Positions 23,263 through 36,830 of a stretch of DNA of 64,000 bases are shown in pieces. The stretch's first letter is position 1. Each line of letters begins with the position of its first letter. The DNA comes from Octopus vulgaris (lineage: Eukaryota): NCBI GenBank assembly GCA_951406725.2, contig OX597822.1, forward strand, positions 36,084,001 through 36,148,000. The letters are read 5' to 3'. Both the position numbers and the translations under genes were made by a program. The notes beneath the pieces are model-generated. The model had not been told where the DNA came from, searched no databases, and saw nothing but the letters and a program-made list of their open reading frames with translations.

Positions 23263-26187
23263 TCATTGGATTCTAATCCGAAGGCAAAATTAACTCTTCA
23301 TCTCTCGGAGGTGGAGAGTTTTTACGGTAAATTATTATTTTAAGAGTTAAGAAAATTTAATGCAGGCCTATTTAATGAAAAACTACTAATTTATTTTTTC
23401 TTTCTACCATTTAGTTAACGATCTGTATCATACAGTTCTTGATTACTGTGTTGCTAATCTAATTCCAGAGACCATGTTTGGCTTTGGTATCTTTTCATCA
23501 TTAGTTTATAAAAAAAACAGTGAAATAACTTTTACGTTCTATTTTTATTGCTAAAATATGTTCGACTTTTGGCACAAGCAATTTTAGGGGAGGGGCTAGT
23601 CGACTACAACGACCCCAGTACTCAATACTTATTTTATCAATACGGAAAGGATGAAAGCAAATTAGACCTCAGCAGAATTTGAACTAAGAACGTAAGAGCT
23701 GTAAGAAATGCCAATAATTATTTCGTTCAGCGAGCTAACGTTTCTGCCCGCTCACCAACTTCGTTGTTATTAAAATAAACATTAAAAACTATTTAAAATT
23801 TTCCTTTCGACAGTTATTTTTTCATTTCAGAATTGTAAACTCAAATTACTGAACGAAACAGGGTTGGAGTAAATTTACTTTCAGAGCATTTCCAAAGAAT
23901 AAAAATGGACTGAAAAATGTTGGGAATCTCTGTTCAACAGAAAATATATTGGTGGCCAATAAAGAGATACGGTGTAATGAAAGGGCAGTTTTTTTTATGA
24001 CTTTGAAGCAATAACTTGATAGTAGGATTAGAGAGGCTGTACTTCTTTGGAACGGAGTATACTGCAGCTGAAATGAGATTAACTGAGCATTGCTGTTTGG
24101 ACGTTGATAATGTCGCAGTTTTAGTGTCAGTATTTCATGGCGTTGGAGGCAAACACATACATGCAGAAATTTACACATACAAGAAACATTACAATTTATT
24201 AAAATGTCAAATTAGGGATGCCAAATAGTCTGTGCCAAAACATCTCATACTCCACGGTAGTATATGTCTAATTCTGGGGAAAAATTCTTGTAGAAAATGA
24301 GAGAGAATTTGGTATGCTATTTGAAGTTAAGGAAAATAATACCACAAGCACCAGTCATCGTGTTGAGCTGAAATGAATTCTATGTCTAACGAACATTATT
24401 AATATGTATTAACATATTTAGGTGGTAAGCTGGCAGAGTCATTACCATGCTGAGCAAAATGTTATTTCGTCCGTCTTTTTATGTTCTGAGTCTCAAATTC
24501 CGTCGGTATCAACTTTACCTTTCATCCTTTCGGGGTCGGTAAAGCAAGTACCAGTTGAACACTGGGGTCAATGCAACTGACTAACACTCTCCCTGGAATT
24601 ACTGGCCCTCAGCCAAAATTTGAAACCAATATGTATTGATGTATTCTAACTGAATTTGGTCAAAGAGGAATAAAAGCGAATTTTGGAAGTAATAACTTAC
24701 TCTACGTACAACTATTGTCTCAGACTGAAGCAGTTACAATTACCAAGGTATCTTGGATCTGGAGCATCTGACCACCCAAGAAGGTGCAGGTTAAAAAGTA
24801 AAGAATACTACACAATGAAGCAGCTGAGGGGTATCCAAGAATCATGACCTAAATACAGTCAAACCCCCTTAGATTGTAAGAAAGGCAGAAACACTTGCTT
24901 ACAGAGGGATTAATTCTCTGGAGATCTTCAGCTCTCTCTAGACTTTCTTATAAATATGCACACCTGTTTCATCAGTTTTTCATATTGTTGTATAACCCGG
25001 GGTCAGCCCTAATAAAACAGGCCTATTATCAAAGTCATTCCATTTATGACAATCCATCTTAAACATACACACAAACACACACACATATATAAACAGGGAT
25101 TACATTATCCAATGTGTTCTTTTCCCCCTCTAAGACATTAGGGAGGGATTTGAGGAAGATTTGGCTGCTATTTCTAGCATATTAAAGAACCACAGAGGAC
25201 CCTCCCTTTATTCAGCTTTTGAGATTTTTTTTTGTTTTTTTGTAGAGATGAAAAGGATAGGTGACTGTCTTACATTTAATTTATATAGTTTTGAGTATTC
25301 GGTACTTTTTGGCTATCTCACCACCATTAAAAAAATTGGGTTATTTCCCCTCCCCCGCCGCGTTTTACGAGAAATATCGGTACTTTTGGTTATTTCCTTT
25401 AACTTAAAATAAATGTTTAACCCTCAATAAAACAAAACAAAAATGAAAAAAATTAATAAAAATAAAATGTGAAAAGATGAAACACCGTTTTGAATCTGAT
25501 AATATTTTTATAACAAATTATAGAAAACTGAAAATATTAATATACATGAAAACGGAAAAATTTAAACATACTGAATCTGATAATATTTTCTATAACAAAT
25601 CATAGCATGCTTATCGAAAAAGGTTGTCCATACCTGGTTCAGTCAGTAGTGAAAGGGTAAAGCTCATAATTCTTTTCCAAGGCCGCTTAAATGAAAGGAA
25701 ATCATCCTAGGTCTTCCTCAGTATTTAATTAGGTTATCCAAGTTATCTCCCCTGAACTAATTTTGCTTTCTCATATTCCCTATCTATCCATCCATCTATC
25801 TATCTATCCATCCATCTATCTATCTATCTATCGAAAGATAGACAGATGTGTACACACACACAATTATCGATTCTTTTTGTCCTTCGATTTATCTTTCTGT
25901 ATTCACAGAGCAGTTGTCTAGTTTTATATTGTTATGTTTTTCTTGTATAGTGAAAAAACAAACCCTTTATTTTAATTTTGGAAAATATATATATATATTT
26001 TAGTAGAACATTGTCATTTTATAAGACTTTGCTGGCAAATTTTTAAATTAATATAAACATTTATTTTCATGAAAGAAAAGTACTGGAGAACTTCCGTCGA
26101 ATTCTTCTAAATCTTTATGTTAAAACCGTATTTTGGAGAATTATTATTTTTTAAAAAATCACAGCAACTGGTCGCATACCACAAGGT

Positions 26188-26900
26188 TTAACGGAACCCA
26201 CCGAAGCAAGCCAGCTCGCTCGCAGTATTACCACGAGCGATAGCGTGGCTAAGGCGTTGAGAAAGCAAAGCGTCCTCACGGGCATCGGCGAGGCGAGCTG
26301 CCAACGTTGACAAGAACTTCGCGGTTAATTGCCCAGTCCCTCTGAAATTCTCAAACACCACGCGTTTGAAGAGATAGTTCACTGTCAGGTCTCAATACTT
26401 CAGGGGTTTCTTCCATTCGGCTACAGAAACAGTGGCCCTCCCATTAACTGCAGCATCCAGGATGTGGGAGGGAGCTAAGGATCGCAGACTGTAGCGTCCC
26501 AAATGAGGCATCTACCTCTAAGCAAAGGACAGAGGATAAGACCATCTGGTCTCTTTCCATCACTGCTGGATAAATCCGACAGCCCCAGAACTGAGGGGAT
26601 ATTAATCCGAGCCAGGGCCCTGACGAGCGAAGAGATCAGCATTTAGGCGACAAGACAGACCGTGAAGACTTGTGGGGACGAGGGGACCAACCACAGCGGC
26701 GTCTCAGTCCCCTACAAATATCATCTCTTACTCTGAGTGTGATAGGGATGCAGAGTTCATCTAGATTGAGTAAAACTCCAATGTTGACCACAGGTAAGGC
26801 ATCAATCCAGTCCTCAGAATTTTGCACAAGCTGAATGGAAGAAGTAGGCGACACCTTGAAGATTAATCAGATTGATCAAGGAGAGAGATGAAAGTGGCAC
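26188..26900 (-). pseudogene. CRE-like non-LTR retrotransposon C-terminal fragment (restriction-like endonuclease)
   Basis: - strand KRPDG, LIWDATV and QRLSHAIARGNTAS motifs across frameshifts; GC-rich island. Confidence 0.75.
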
Positions 26901-27305
26901 CTGAAGGCAGATTGCCCCATACTCTCTGTTTCCGTATATCCTCCACTGTAACAGGAACTAGCAATTCTGTACATACACACACAGACATATACATAATACA
27001 TATCTACCAGATACTCATGTAAAATGCGCTCACACAATTATAAATATACTCAAAATAGTTTGTTTTTTTCCCCCATTCAGTTCTGGATATTAATGAAAGC
27101 CATAAAATATAAACATATATGCCACTGATATTCCTGCTCCGATTACCAGTCCTCTTCTTGTCACCATTGTTGTATCTACCCATTTCTCGATTCCACACTA
27201 ATATGTGTGTGTGTGTCTTTGTGTTTGTTCCCCACCGTTTGACAATTGGCTTGTTTACGTCCCTATAAACTTAGCGGTTTGACAAAAGTAGCCAATGGAT
27301 TAAGC

Positions 27306-27597
27306 TGTTGTTTGTTCCTTCTCGAGCCACGTCTGGCTTATAAGGACCGGTTTCCCGGGCGTATATGTTCCCCACCTGGACGGGACGCCGGTCCGTCGCA
27401 GGTGAGCTGCAAGATGCAGGAGGAAAGAGGTGAGAGAAAGTTGTGGCGAAAGAGTCAGCAGAAGTTCGCCATTACCTTCTGCCGGAGCCGCATGGAGCTT
27501 AGGTTTTTCGCTCATAAACACACACATCGCCCGGTCTGAGATTCGAACCCGCGATCTCTCGACCGCTGCTCTAACCACTAGGCCATGTGCCTCCACA
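27306..27597 (-). mobile_element. SINE family D inserted into a family A fragment
   Basis: Full head and tail; TSD-like TGGATTAAG/TAGATTAAG. Confidence 0.85.
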
Positions 27598-27836
27598 CTA
27601 GATTAAGTACCAGACTTTAAAAAAAACATAAAGACTGGATTCAATAAAACTTTCAAGGTGGTACCCCAACATAGACGCAGTCCAATAACTGAAACGAAAC
27701 AAGTGAAAGATATAAGATTCAATCAGGAAGGAGAGCAGTGCTCACAACCCTCCTCAGGGACTCAAAGACTGGCGGAAGGGAAAGATTTGGGCGTATCCTC
27801 AAACCGAAAACTTTCTCCGAATGCTTAGACTAAAGT

Positions 27837-27923
27837 GGGACAAAGGTAAAGAATACGCACGCTCAGTGTTTAGATTAGGGTTACGCCGAAAATGGGTGGT
27901 GTGCGTATTGTTTACCTCCGCCC
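27837..27923. mobile_element. Tiny MITE (87 bp)
   Basis: Imperfect 23-bp TIR GGGACAAAGGTAAAGAATACGCAC / GTGCGTATTGTTTACCTCCGCCC; AAAGT on both flanks. Confidence 0.55.
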
Positions 27924-29069
27924 AAAGTGGATTCTTCTATTGAAGGTACTCTCGATGCCAGGTGGTGTTAAATTAGGCAAGTGTTTAAATCTACCATCCA
28001 TGTAGGATGTGGCAGGATGCAAAAGAACAGGAATAAACACTGCAAGGCATCTTGATCGACACTTTAACGATTCTGCCATTCCACTCACTGCCCAAGACTG
28101 GTATTTTTATTTCATGAACCCCAGAAGATTGACCTCGGCGTGATTCGAAATCGAAATGCAGTCAGAGCTAAAATAAATACTACGTAGTATTTTGTCCAAC
28201 GTGCTTACGACTCTGCTAATTCACTGTTGTAATGGGGGGAGGAGGAGAATTTACAAACTGACTCAACTGTTCTACCAACACCACGATACTGGGGTCAATG
28301 TAATCGACCTAATCTCTTTGTCTGTCCTTGTTGGTCCTCCTCAGTTTCGCCCCCAGTGGACAATAAAGAAATAAAATAGCCAAACTATTAATAGTAGTTA
28401 TCTCCCTTGAGTCTCTCAATAACATTTTGTCAATTTCCTATTGTCCTCATTGCATAGTGTTTTACTAAAGAGGACGAGGTGCAGTACCCTCTATAAGCTG
28501 TGCGTTTGTACGCAAACACATTAGTTTTATGATTAGGAAACAAGTACAATATGCTTACACTAAGATTTTAAGACGACATTGTATTCTTTTATAAGTGAAG
28601 AAATTTGAGCGATGGTCAAATACTGCAAAAATTTCACACTCACGCCAAAAAGTTTGAGGGAACACTAGGAAAAGGGGGTGGATAAATCACTGTGTTAAAT
28701 AAAATGATTAAAAGATTAATCTTTTTAAACTTGTCCAACACCATGGGCATGGAAAGAATTATCGTTTTAACGTCTACTATTCCAAGCATGCGTGGGTAGA
28801 TATACTTGTTGTCGCCAACTCTCGCCTGTTACTAAGCAAGGTGACACTTCTTCATAGTCAGACATATTTTCGCAGAATATTAGAAATGAACGACACTGCT
28901 TGTATGAGAGTAACACTAATTTACAACTATCATGCGATGTCAAGACAAGGAGACACAAACATACATACACACATAATTGTGGTCAGTCATTCAGTTACAG
29001 TTATCGGTTGTTAACTCAGCACAAATGTATTGGTGCAGGAGTAAAAAAATGTATCACTTTATTTGTAGT

Positions 29070-29390
29070 ACATATTTACAAAGTCAGAAAACAGCACAGC
29101 TCCCATGACTTTAGGAAACATTTTTTCACGCTAAGAGTTGCTGAAGCATGGAACAAACTGCCGGCATCAGTTGTTAGTTGTCGGAGCACTGCATCCTTCA
29201 AAACTTCTATGCTTTCTGAGATTTGCCAACACTACACCTGATTTTCTCCCCTCCATACACACACACAAGCATGTATCTGACTCATACATTGTTCGCTTTC
29301 CAGACATTTGTACATTACTGCATGTATTTTATATGCACTTTCTGACAAGTTGTGGTGCACCTGAGTACTGTATACAATAATTTCATTATA
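29070..29390 (+). mobile_element. CR1-like LINE 3' end
   Basis: FRKHFFTLRVAEAWNKLP; near-identical to 49015-49335. Confidence 0.85.
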
Positions 29391-29869
29391 TATATACAAC
29401 GGACTTATTTTAGTTTCAATCAACCAAATTCATTCACAAGGCTCTATTTTGCCTGAGGCTATTATAGTAGAAGACACTTGCTCAGGATGCCATGCAGTGG
29501 GACTGAATCTGAAACCATGTGGATGAGAAGCAAACTTCTCAATCAGTCAGCCACATCTGTGTCTTAGTACTATTGTATGGATGCGAGCGGACAGAACCAT
29601 TAGCACGCCAGACAAAATACTTCGTCCGTTTTTTCTGAGTTCAAATTCCACTAGGTCAACTTTGCCTTTCGTCTTTTCAGGGTCAATGAAATGAGTACCA
29701 GTCTAGCACTGGGGTCAATGAAATCAACTAGGCCCTTTCCCAAAAGTTTCAGGCTTTGTGCCTATTTCCAATGTCATCACAGCACATCATCATCATCTAT
29801 CACTCATGGTCCAATTACATCACGTGTTAATACCAGCCTTATCCATTCTCTCTTGAGAATATATATTCT

Positions 29870-30470
29870 TTTATACTGTAGGCACAAGGCCCGAAATTTG
29901 GGGGGAGGAGACTAGTCGATTAGATCGACTCCAGTATGCAAATGGTACTTAATTTATCGACCCCGAAAGATGAAAGACAAAGTCGACCTCGGCGGAATTT
30001 GAACTCAGAACGTAAAGAGAGACAAAATACCACTAAGCCTTTCATCCAGTATGCTAACATTTCTTATTTCTTTATTGCCCACAAGGAGCTAAACATAGAC
30101 GGGACAAACAAAGGGATTAAGTCGATTACATCGACCCCAGTGCGTAACTGGTACTTATTTAATCGACCCCGAAAGGATGAAAGGCAAAGTCGACCTCAGC
30201 GGAAATTGAACTCAGGACGTAAAAACAGACGAAATACCTATTTCTTTACTACCGACAAGGGGCTAAACACCGAGAGGACAAACAAGGACAGATAGACGGA
30301 TTAAGTCGATTATATCGACCCCAGTGCGTAACTGGTACTTAGTTTATCGACCCCGAAAGGGATGAAAGGCAAAGTCGACCTCGGCGGAAATTGAACTCAG
30401 AACGTAACGGCAGACGAAATACCGTTAAGAATTTCGCCGGCGTGCTAACGTTTCTGCCAGCTCGCCGCCT
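29870..30470 (-). mobile_element. Multimeric family B SINE (three tandem domain copies)
   Basis: ATCGACCCCGAAAGGATGAAAGGCAAAGTCGACCTC occurs three times. Confidence 0.85.
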
Positions 30471-32194
30471 TCTTGAGAATATATATTGGCTGATGCCTTT
30501 AATCCTTCTATATTTAAACCAGCCATATCAGGCCCAAATACTCTACTTGTTTACTGTTAAAGCCTTCTAAATCTCACCCCCGCACTCTTAACATCGTACT
30601 ATGTCATTCTACACGTAAACAATCATATTATCAAAATCTCGAAGCTTTGAGATATTCTTTTATTTGGTTGTCATTTGACTGTGACCATACTGGAGCACCG
30701 CCTTTAGTTGTACGAATCAACCCCAGGACTTATTCTTTGTAAGCCAAGAACGTATTCTATCAGTCTCTTTTGCCAAACTGCTAAGCTACGGGGACGTAAA
30801 CATACCAACATTGGTCGTCAAGTGATGGTGGGCGACAACACAGACACACACGCAAATGTATACATATACGATGGGCTTCTTTCAGTTTCCGTTGGCCAAA
30901 TCCATTCACAAGGCTTTGGTCGGTCTGAGACTATAGTAGAAAACACTTGACCAAGGTTCCATGCAGTGGGATTGAACCCGGAACCAAGTGGTTGGTAAGT
31001 AAGCTTCTTACCACGTATATATCGTACATGATTAAATTAAAACAATGTGAATAAATAAATTTTACGTTTGAGTAATTTGAATGCTAAAGTGTAAATATCA
31101 AGCTGATTCCACAAGCCAAAGAGCCCCTATGGGGTCACACAATTTTTTAGAAATAGCAGCCACACACTCCATTTTTATTATATTGCTTAGCCAGGTGGAA
31201 AGGTAGGTACTCATGACTCTTTTGGAGGCATCTGAGACAGGTAGGACAAAGGAAACTGGCACTCCGTTGATTACGACAAGGGTTCCAGTTGATAATTTAA
31301 GAAATGTGGAGGTAAACTAGCTCAGGAAGGCAGGGACCCATTTCAGAGCCCCCACGCTACAGGGTGGTTTGTTAAATCAGGCAAAAAACCCCCCAAAAAA
31401 TGCAGCATTGGAAATGGGTTTACTCTTTTATTTGTTTCAGTCATTTGACTGTGACCATGCTGGAGTACCACCTCTTAGTCGAGCAAATCGCCCCCAGGAC
31501 TTATTCTTTGTAAGCCTACTACTTATTCTATCGGTCTCTTTCGCCGAACCGCTAAGTTACAGGGGCATAAACACACCAGCATCGGTTGTTAAGCGATGTT
31601 GGGAGGACAAACAGACACACAAACGTATACACATACATACATATATATATACATATATATGACAGGCTTCGCTCAGTTTCCGTTTAAAAAATCCACTCAC
31701 AAGGCTATAGTAGAAGACACTTGCCCAAGGTGCCATGCAGTGGGAATGAACCCAGAACCATGTGGTTGGTAAGCAGGCTACCTATCACACAGCCAGTCCT
31801 GTAAAAGTATACAAAAAAAAAAAGTATGACCATTGTTGTAATGATATTTGATGAGAGGTCTGCTGTAAATGGGGTTCTTAATTCAGAATATGACAGAAAT
31901 AACAATCACTGACTTAATGAATGACCAAACAAGGAAGCCAATCTGTGCTGTTGCTCAACCTGTTATAAATAATCCCTAAATTAGCAGTTGAATAGCCCCT
32001 TAATTTAACAGCTTAACAACCCTCTAATTAACAACCTAAAAACACTCAAATTATATACTACTGCCTCAAGATGGGAAGAGACATCATATAATAGTCACAC
32101 ACACATACATATATATATAGTAATGTATGGGTATATGTGTGTGTGTATGTATATATATATATGTATGTATGTATGTATGTATATATTCATGGTA

Positions 32195-32365
32195 GAATAA
32201 GAAATAGAAAGCCTTTGGTACAGTATTATATATTTGAAGAAATGAATAGGAACGGCTTTTCTGATAATTTTTCCACTTTAATAATTGGATAATTTATAAA
32301 CATCCAATTATTAAAGTGGAAAAATCATCAAACAAGCCATTCCTACTCATTTCCTCAATATATAT
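32195..32365. repeat. Short foldback element in (TA)n context
   Basis: Arms ~32229-32290 and 32302-32365; related to 17995-18064 in reverse orientation. Confidence 0.65.
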
Positions 32366-32380
32366 ATATATATGCGTGTG

Positions 32381-32945
32381 TGTGGAGGCACATGGCTTAG
32401 TGGTTAAGGTGTCAGCACCATGATCGTAAGATTGTGATTTTGATTCCTGGACCGGGCGACACATTGTGTTCTTGAGCAAAACACTTCATTTCTTTCACGT
32501 TGCTCCAGTCCACTCAGCTGGCAAAAATGAATAACGCTGCGATGGACTGGCATGCCATCCAGCTGGGGAACATGTCATTGAAACTGGGAAACTGGGCCCA
32601 TGAGCCTGGCTAGGCTTTAAAAGGGTGCATTTATTCATTATGTATGTATGTGTGGGGGGGGGGGGGCACACATGGCCTAGTGGTTAGATCAGCAGACTCG
32701 AGGTCGAAGGATCGTGGGTTTGAATCTCAGACCAGGCAATGTGTGTATTTATGAGCGAAACACTTAAGCTCCACGCGCCTCTGGCAGAAGGTAATGGTGA
32801 ACTTCTGCTGACTCTTTCACCACAACTTTCCTCCTGCATCTTGCAGCTCACCTGCGACGGACCAGCGTCCCATCCAGGTGGGGAACCTATACACCAAGGA
32901 AACCGGCCCTATGAGCCAGGCATGGTTCAAGAAGGAACAAACATA
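32381..32945 (+). mobile_element. Two adjacent tRNA SINEs (family E 32381-32635, family D 32663-32945)
   Basis: GGAGGCACATGGCTTAGTGGTTA-type heads and CTGCGATGGACTGGC-type domain. Confidence 0.8.
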
Positions 32946-33285
32946 TATGTATATATATTAATGTTTGTGAAATTATATACATAAATAATTTAACACTAAA
33001 TTGAAGGATTGATCAACACTTTTTTGTGGAGTACTTATTTATTGACCTTTTCAAGGAAATGGTTGATAGTGACTTCAAAGTTTCAATTTACAACCTGTCA
33101 GCAGTCTGATGATGCTTAGCTTGCAATCTCTCAAATCATCAGATCTTGTCACCCTTCATCAAAGCTGATGATGATTAAAGGAAGTGCATATCAATAGAAA
33201 ACCCAGTGACAAAAGGGTGACTTCTATAGTGTCATACAATTAGGTGTATTATTATTATTAATCAGGAACATCAATAAATTTACAT

Positions 33286-33670
33286 AGGTGTAGGAGTGGC
33301 TGTGTGGTAAGTAGCTTGCTTACAAACCACATGGTTCCAGGTTCAGTCCCACTGCGTGGTACCTTGGGCAAGTGTCTTCTACTATAGCCTAGGGCCAACC
33401 AAAGCCTTGTGAGTGGATTTGATAGACGGAAACTGAAAGAAGCCCGTCGTATATATGTATGTTTGTGTGTCTGTATTTGTCCCCCCAACATCACTTGACA
33501 ACCGATGCTGGTGTGTTTACGTCCCTGTAACTTAGCAGTTCGGCAAAAGAGACCGATAGAATAAGTACTAGGCTTCCAAAGAATAAGTCCTGGGGTTGAT
33601 TTGCTCAACTAAAGGCGGTGCTCCAGCATGGCCACAGTCAAATGACTGAAACAAGTAAAAGAGTAAAAAG
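33286..33670 (+). mobile_element. SINE family A, full length
   Basis: Consensus-like copy. Confidence 0.9.
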
Positions 33671-36474
33671 TATTTCAATATATTTATTAAATTTTCTTCA
33701 TTTGTAGCACATGTCCTTTCTGGGTCTTCACAATGGTATCGATATGAAGTTCTTTGTTAAGGTGGCAAGCTACCAGAATCATTAGAACACCGGGCAAAAT
33801 GCTTAGCAGCATTTCATCCATCCTTATGTTCCGAGTTTAAATTCTGCCAAGGTCAACTTTGCCTTTTGTGGGTCAATAAAATAAGTACCAGCTATGCCCT
33901 GCAGTCAAAGTAATCGACTACCCTTCTCCTCCAAACTTCCTGGCCGTGTGCCAAAATCTGAAACAATTATGAAGTTCTTTGTTGAATGCACACAGCAAGA
34001 ACTTGAAACTAAATGCATGCAAAACGGCTCAATTTTTTAACAAGTAAGCAACTTCCTTCTTTCTGTGTTATCCATATTGTCTTATGCCCTGAGCAATATC
34101 ACATACAGGCTATACAGCACACGAGCCAGGCATGAACTCAACCAGGTTGTTAATAAGTTTAACCCCTTTAGAGGTACAACAGTTGTGGAGGTGAGCAGCT
34201 ACATTTCAGTCCCTCAAACTGCTGCTGTGTGTGTGTGTGTGTACGCTTTTCCTTCTTTAGGAAATTTGAAAACAGATTTTTTTTCTGTTTTGTGATTTGC
34301 AATTTTGGTGGGTATGGTCACTTTGTCCTTAGATCAGCAAGGAAAAGATATAAGACTTAGGGCTCATGAACTGCAAGGCAGACTCATTAGTGCTGGTGGC
34401 AAAAAAAAAAAAGCACCCAGTTCATGTTGTAAAATGGTTGGGGTAACCAACCATTGGAACCATGCTGAATTAAACATTGGAGCAAGATGCAGTCCTTGGA
34501 CATGCCAGCAGAGAACAGGGAAGTTAAAGGATGATGATGATGATCATCATGATGAAATAAGCTCAACTAAATGAACTGAATCTCTGAGCTGCAATTTGAT
34601 AAACCCAGTCAGTCAGATGGTGTTAGTTGAGTGCACTTTATATATGGACATGCATAAATGTGGAAATGTAGACTACAGTTTTAGTTTGCCTGAATTTCAA
34701 TGGAAAATAAGAAATATTTGCTTTGTAACATAGGTGAACCCAATGAACTCACAGCTGTTAAATTTTTAAACATAAATTGGTAGGTAAGGATAGGTAAGTA
34801 GGTAAACTATGATTAATGAAGCATAGTGTTGTTACCTAGCATAACATAATACACAATGCATTTTCCTTTCGCTTTTTTTTATTTTATATATATAATGTAT
34901 ATATTTTATTACAGAAAAGTGCATTTAATAACATCAATATGAGACATAACACAGCTGGTGTGGTGTTTTTTTTTTTATTTGAATTTAAAATAGAAAAATA
35001 AAAAGGAAAAACCATGTTTTATATATTTTTATTTGCCAATTGTGGCCATTGAATTAGTTGGACGTTAGAAGGCTGGAAGACTTGGTCAAGGCTTTGAAAA
35101 ATTTTGTAGATTGGTTAAGAGAAGAAGAAAAGAAAAAAGGCTTAATGGCATTTTGAATAAATTTGTGCAGATGGGTTATCAAGATGGGAAAGAATTAAGA
35201 AAAGTGTGCAGCAGTTCGGCAAAAGAGACCGATAGAATAAGTACTGGGTTTACAAAAGAATAAGTCCCGGGGTCGAGTTGCTCGATTAAAGGTGGTGCTC
35301 CAGCATGGCCGCAGTCAAATGACTGAAACAAGTAAAAGAGATGTCAATGCGTGTGTGTGTGTTTATTCTTAAAGAAGAATATTGCTAACAGTGGCTTCCA
35401 AGTTTCAGCCAATTAAGCCATCATCAGCAATCCAATGATAGCTTAACTGACCAAAACTTCGAAGTCACAGTCAACAATATTATTGTTTAAGAATGAACTT
35501 GTACTCTACAAAATCATAGAGCAACTCCTCAGATTAATGAAAAATCATTTTTATTATAACTAAGCATAAAAACAAACATACAAATACATATATATACATA
35601 CATATATATATATTTATAAATTACATACACATACTACACAAGTAAGAAAGGTTTATTTTACAATGTTATAAGTGTTCCATATAACTTGATATGCAAAAGA
35701 ACAAGAAAATTATTGGAAGGTATGTTGGTATAAAAAAAAAAGCATCAACTGAAAATTTAAAAATTCCTACTGATGTTCCCATCACCAAATAGTGTATTGG
35801 ACAACAACAAAATACAGGCGAACCCATACTGTCATCACCAACAACCATGATTATTATTATTATTATGATGATGATGATGATGATAATGATGGCATAATGT
35901 ATTGTACTAGTTTGACCTCTAATCATGTGATATCTAGCAATAAGCATAGTAAATCAATCCCCACCTTCATTTCAAATTTTGACATTTTTTTTTTTTAAAT
36001 AAATTCTTTCTTGCTCACAACCATGTCTTTTGCTCTCAAGAATGAAACTTTTACCTGATATAAAAGACCAAAAGGGTAACAAATGCTAAAAAGTGGAAAT
36101 CACCAAATAAACCAAAAAAAAAAAAAAAAAAAAAAATTAATATTATATATTTATACATATGAAATGTCCCAGTAAGTCTGTTAGGGTTTTCAATTACAAT
36201 TCGCTGTTTAAATGCTGCCTTACTTATGGAACACTACACACACATGGTAACACATGTACACACAGATGACAGTAAACATGAGATAAAGAAAAAATATGAC
36301 ACACTTTTATATTCATTCTGCTAACCTTCAAATAAAAACCATAATGATACAATTATCATAAGTAAGAAATTAGTAGTCCATTTTAAGATCATAAGCTTAC
36401 TAAAAATCCCATAAAAAAAATAATTTAAAATAACGCCCAACCATAAAAAAATAAATTCAAAATATCACACCTCC

Positions 36475-36514
<40 letters not shown>

Positions 36515-36515
<1 letters not shown>

Positions 36516-36795
36516 CAATTGCAGCGTGGAAGGTGTTTATAAGCCATTTAAGAAACACACAAAATCTGTTAGATTCACTTCAACATTTAAATTTAATTTG
36601 TCAAAATATTTTCATCGCTTTGAGACTGCGACCTGTTCACTGACAAAATTCTGTGCTGCCTCTCAAAGCGACAAAAATATTTTGACGAATTAAATTTAAA
36701 TGTTGAAGTGAATCTAACACCTTCCATGCTGCAATTGTTTTCGTTCCAGCACATAATCTCAGATCAGGTCACTTGCTATGCAAGTACATCTCTGT
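36515..36795. mobile_element. Foldback element between two (TA)n tracts with an HHR-like variant
   Basis: Arms 36515-36625 and 36661-36738; - strand TTTGTCA-GTGAACAG-GTCGC..GCGAT-GAAAATATTT-TGACAAA. Confidence 0.6.
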
Positions 36796-36796
36796 A

Positions 36797-36830
<34 letters not shown>

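Noticed and set aside
23846-24228. ORFs in unique-looking DNA, possibly a decayed transposase
   Set aside because: No convincing motif or splice structure
32381-32460. tRNA-like sequences at SINE heads
   Set aside because: They continue directly into SINE bodies and lack full cloverleafs; not tRNA genes
33100-33230. Two CTGATGA motifs with a downstream GAAA
   Set aside because: Could not build consistent stems I and III; may be a heavily decayed HHR or C/D-box look-alike
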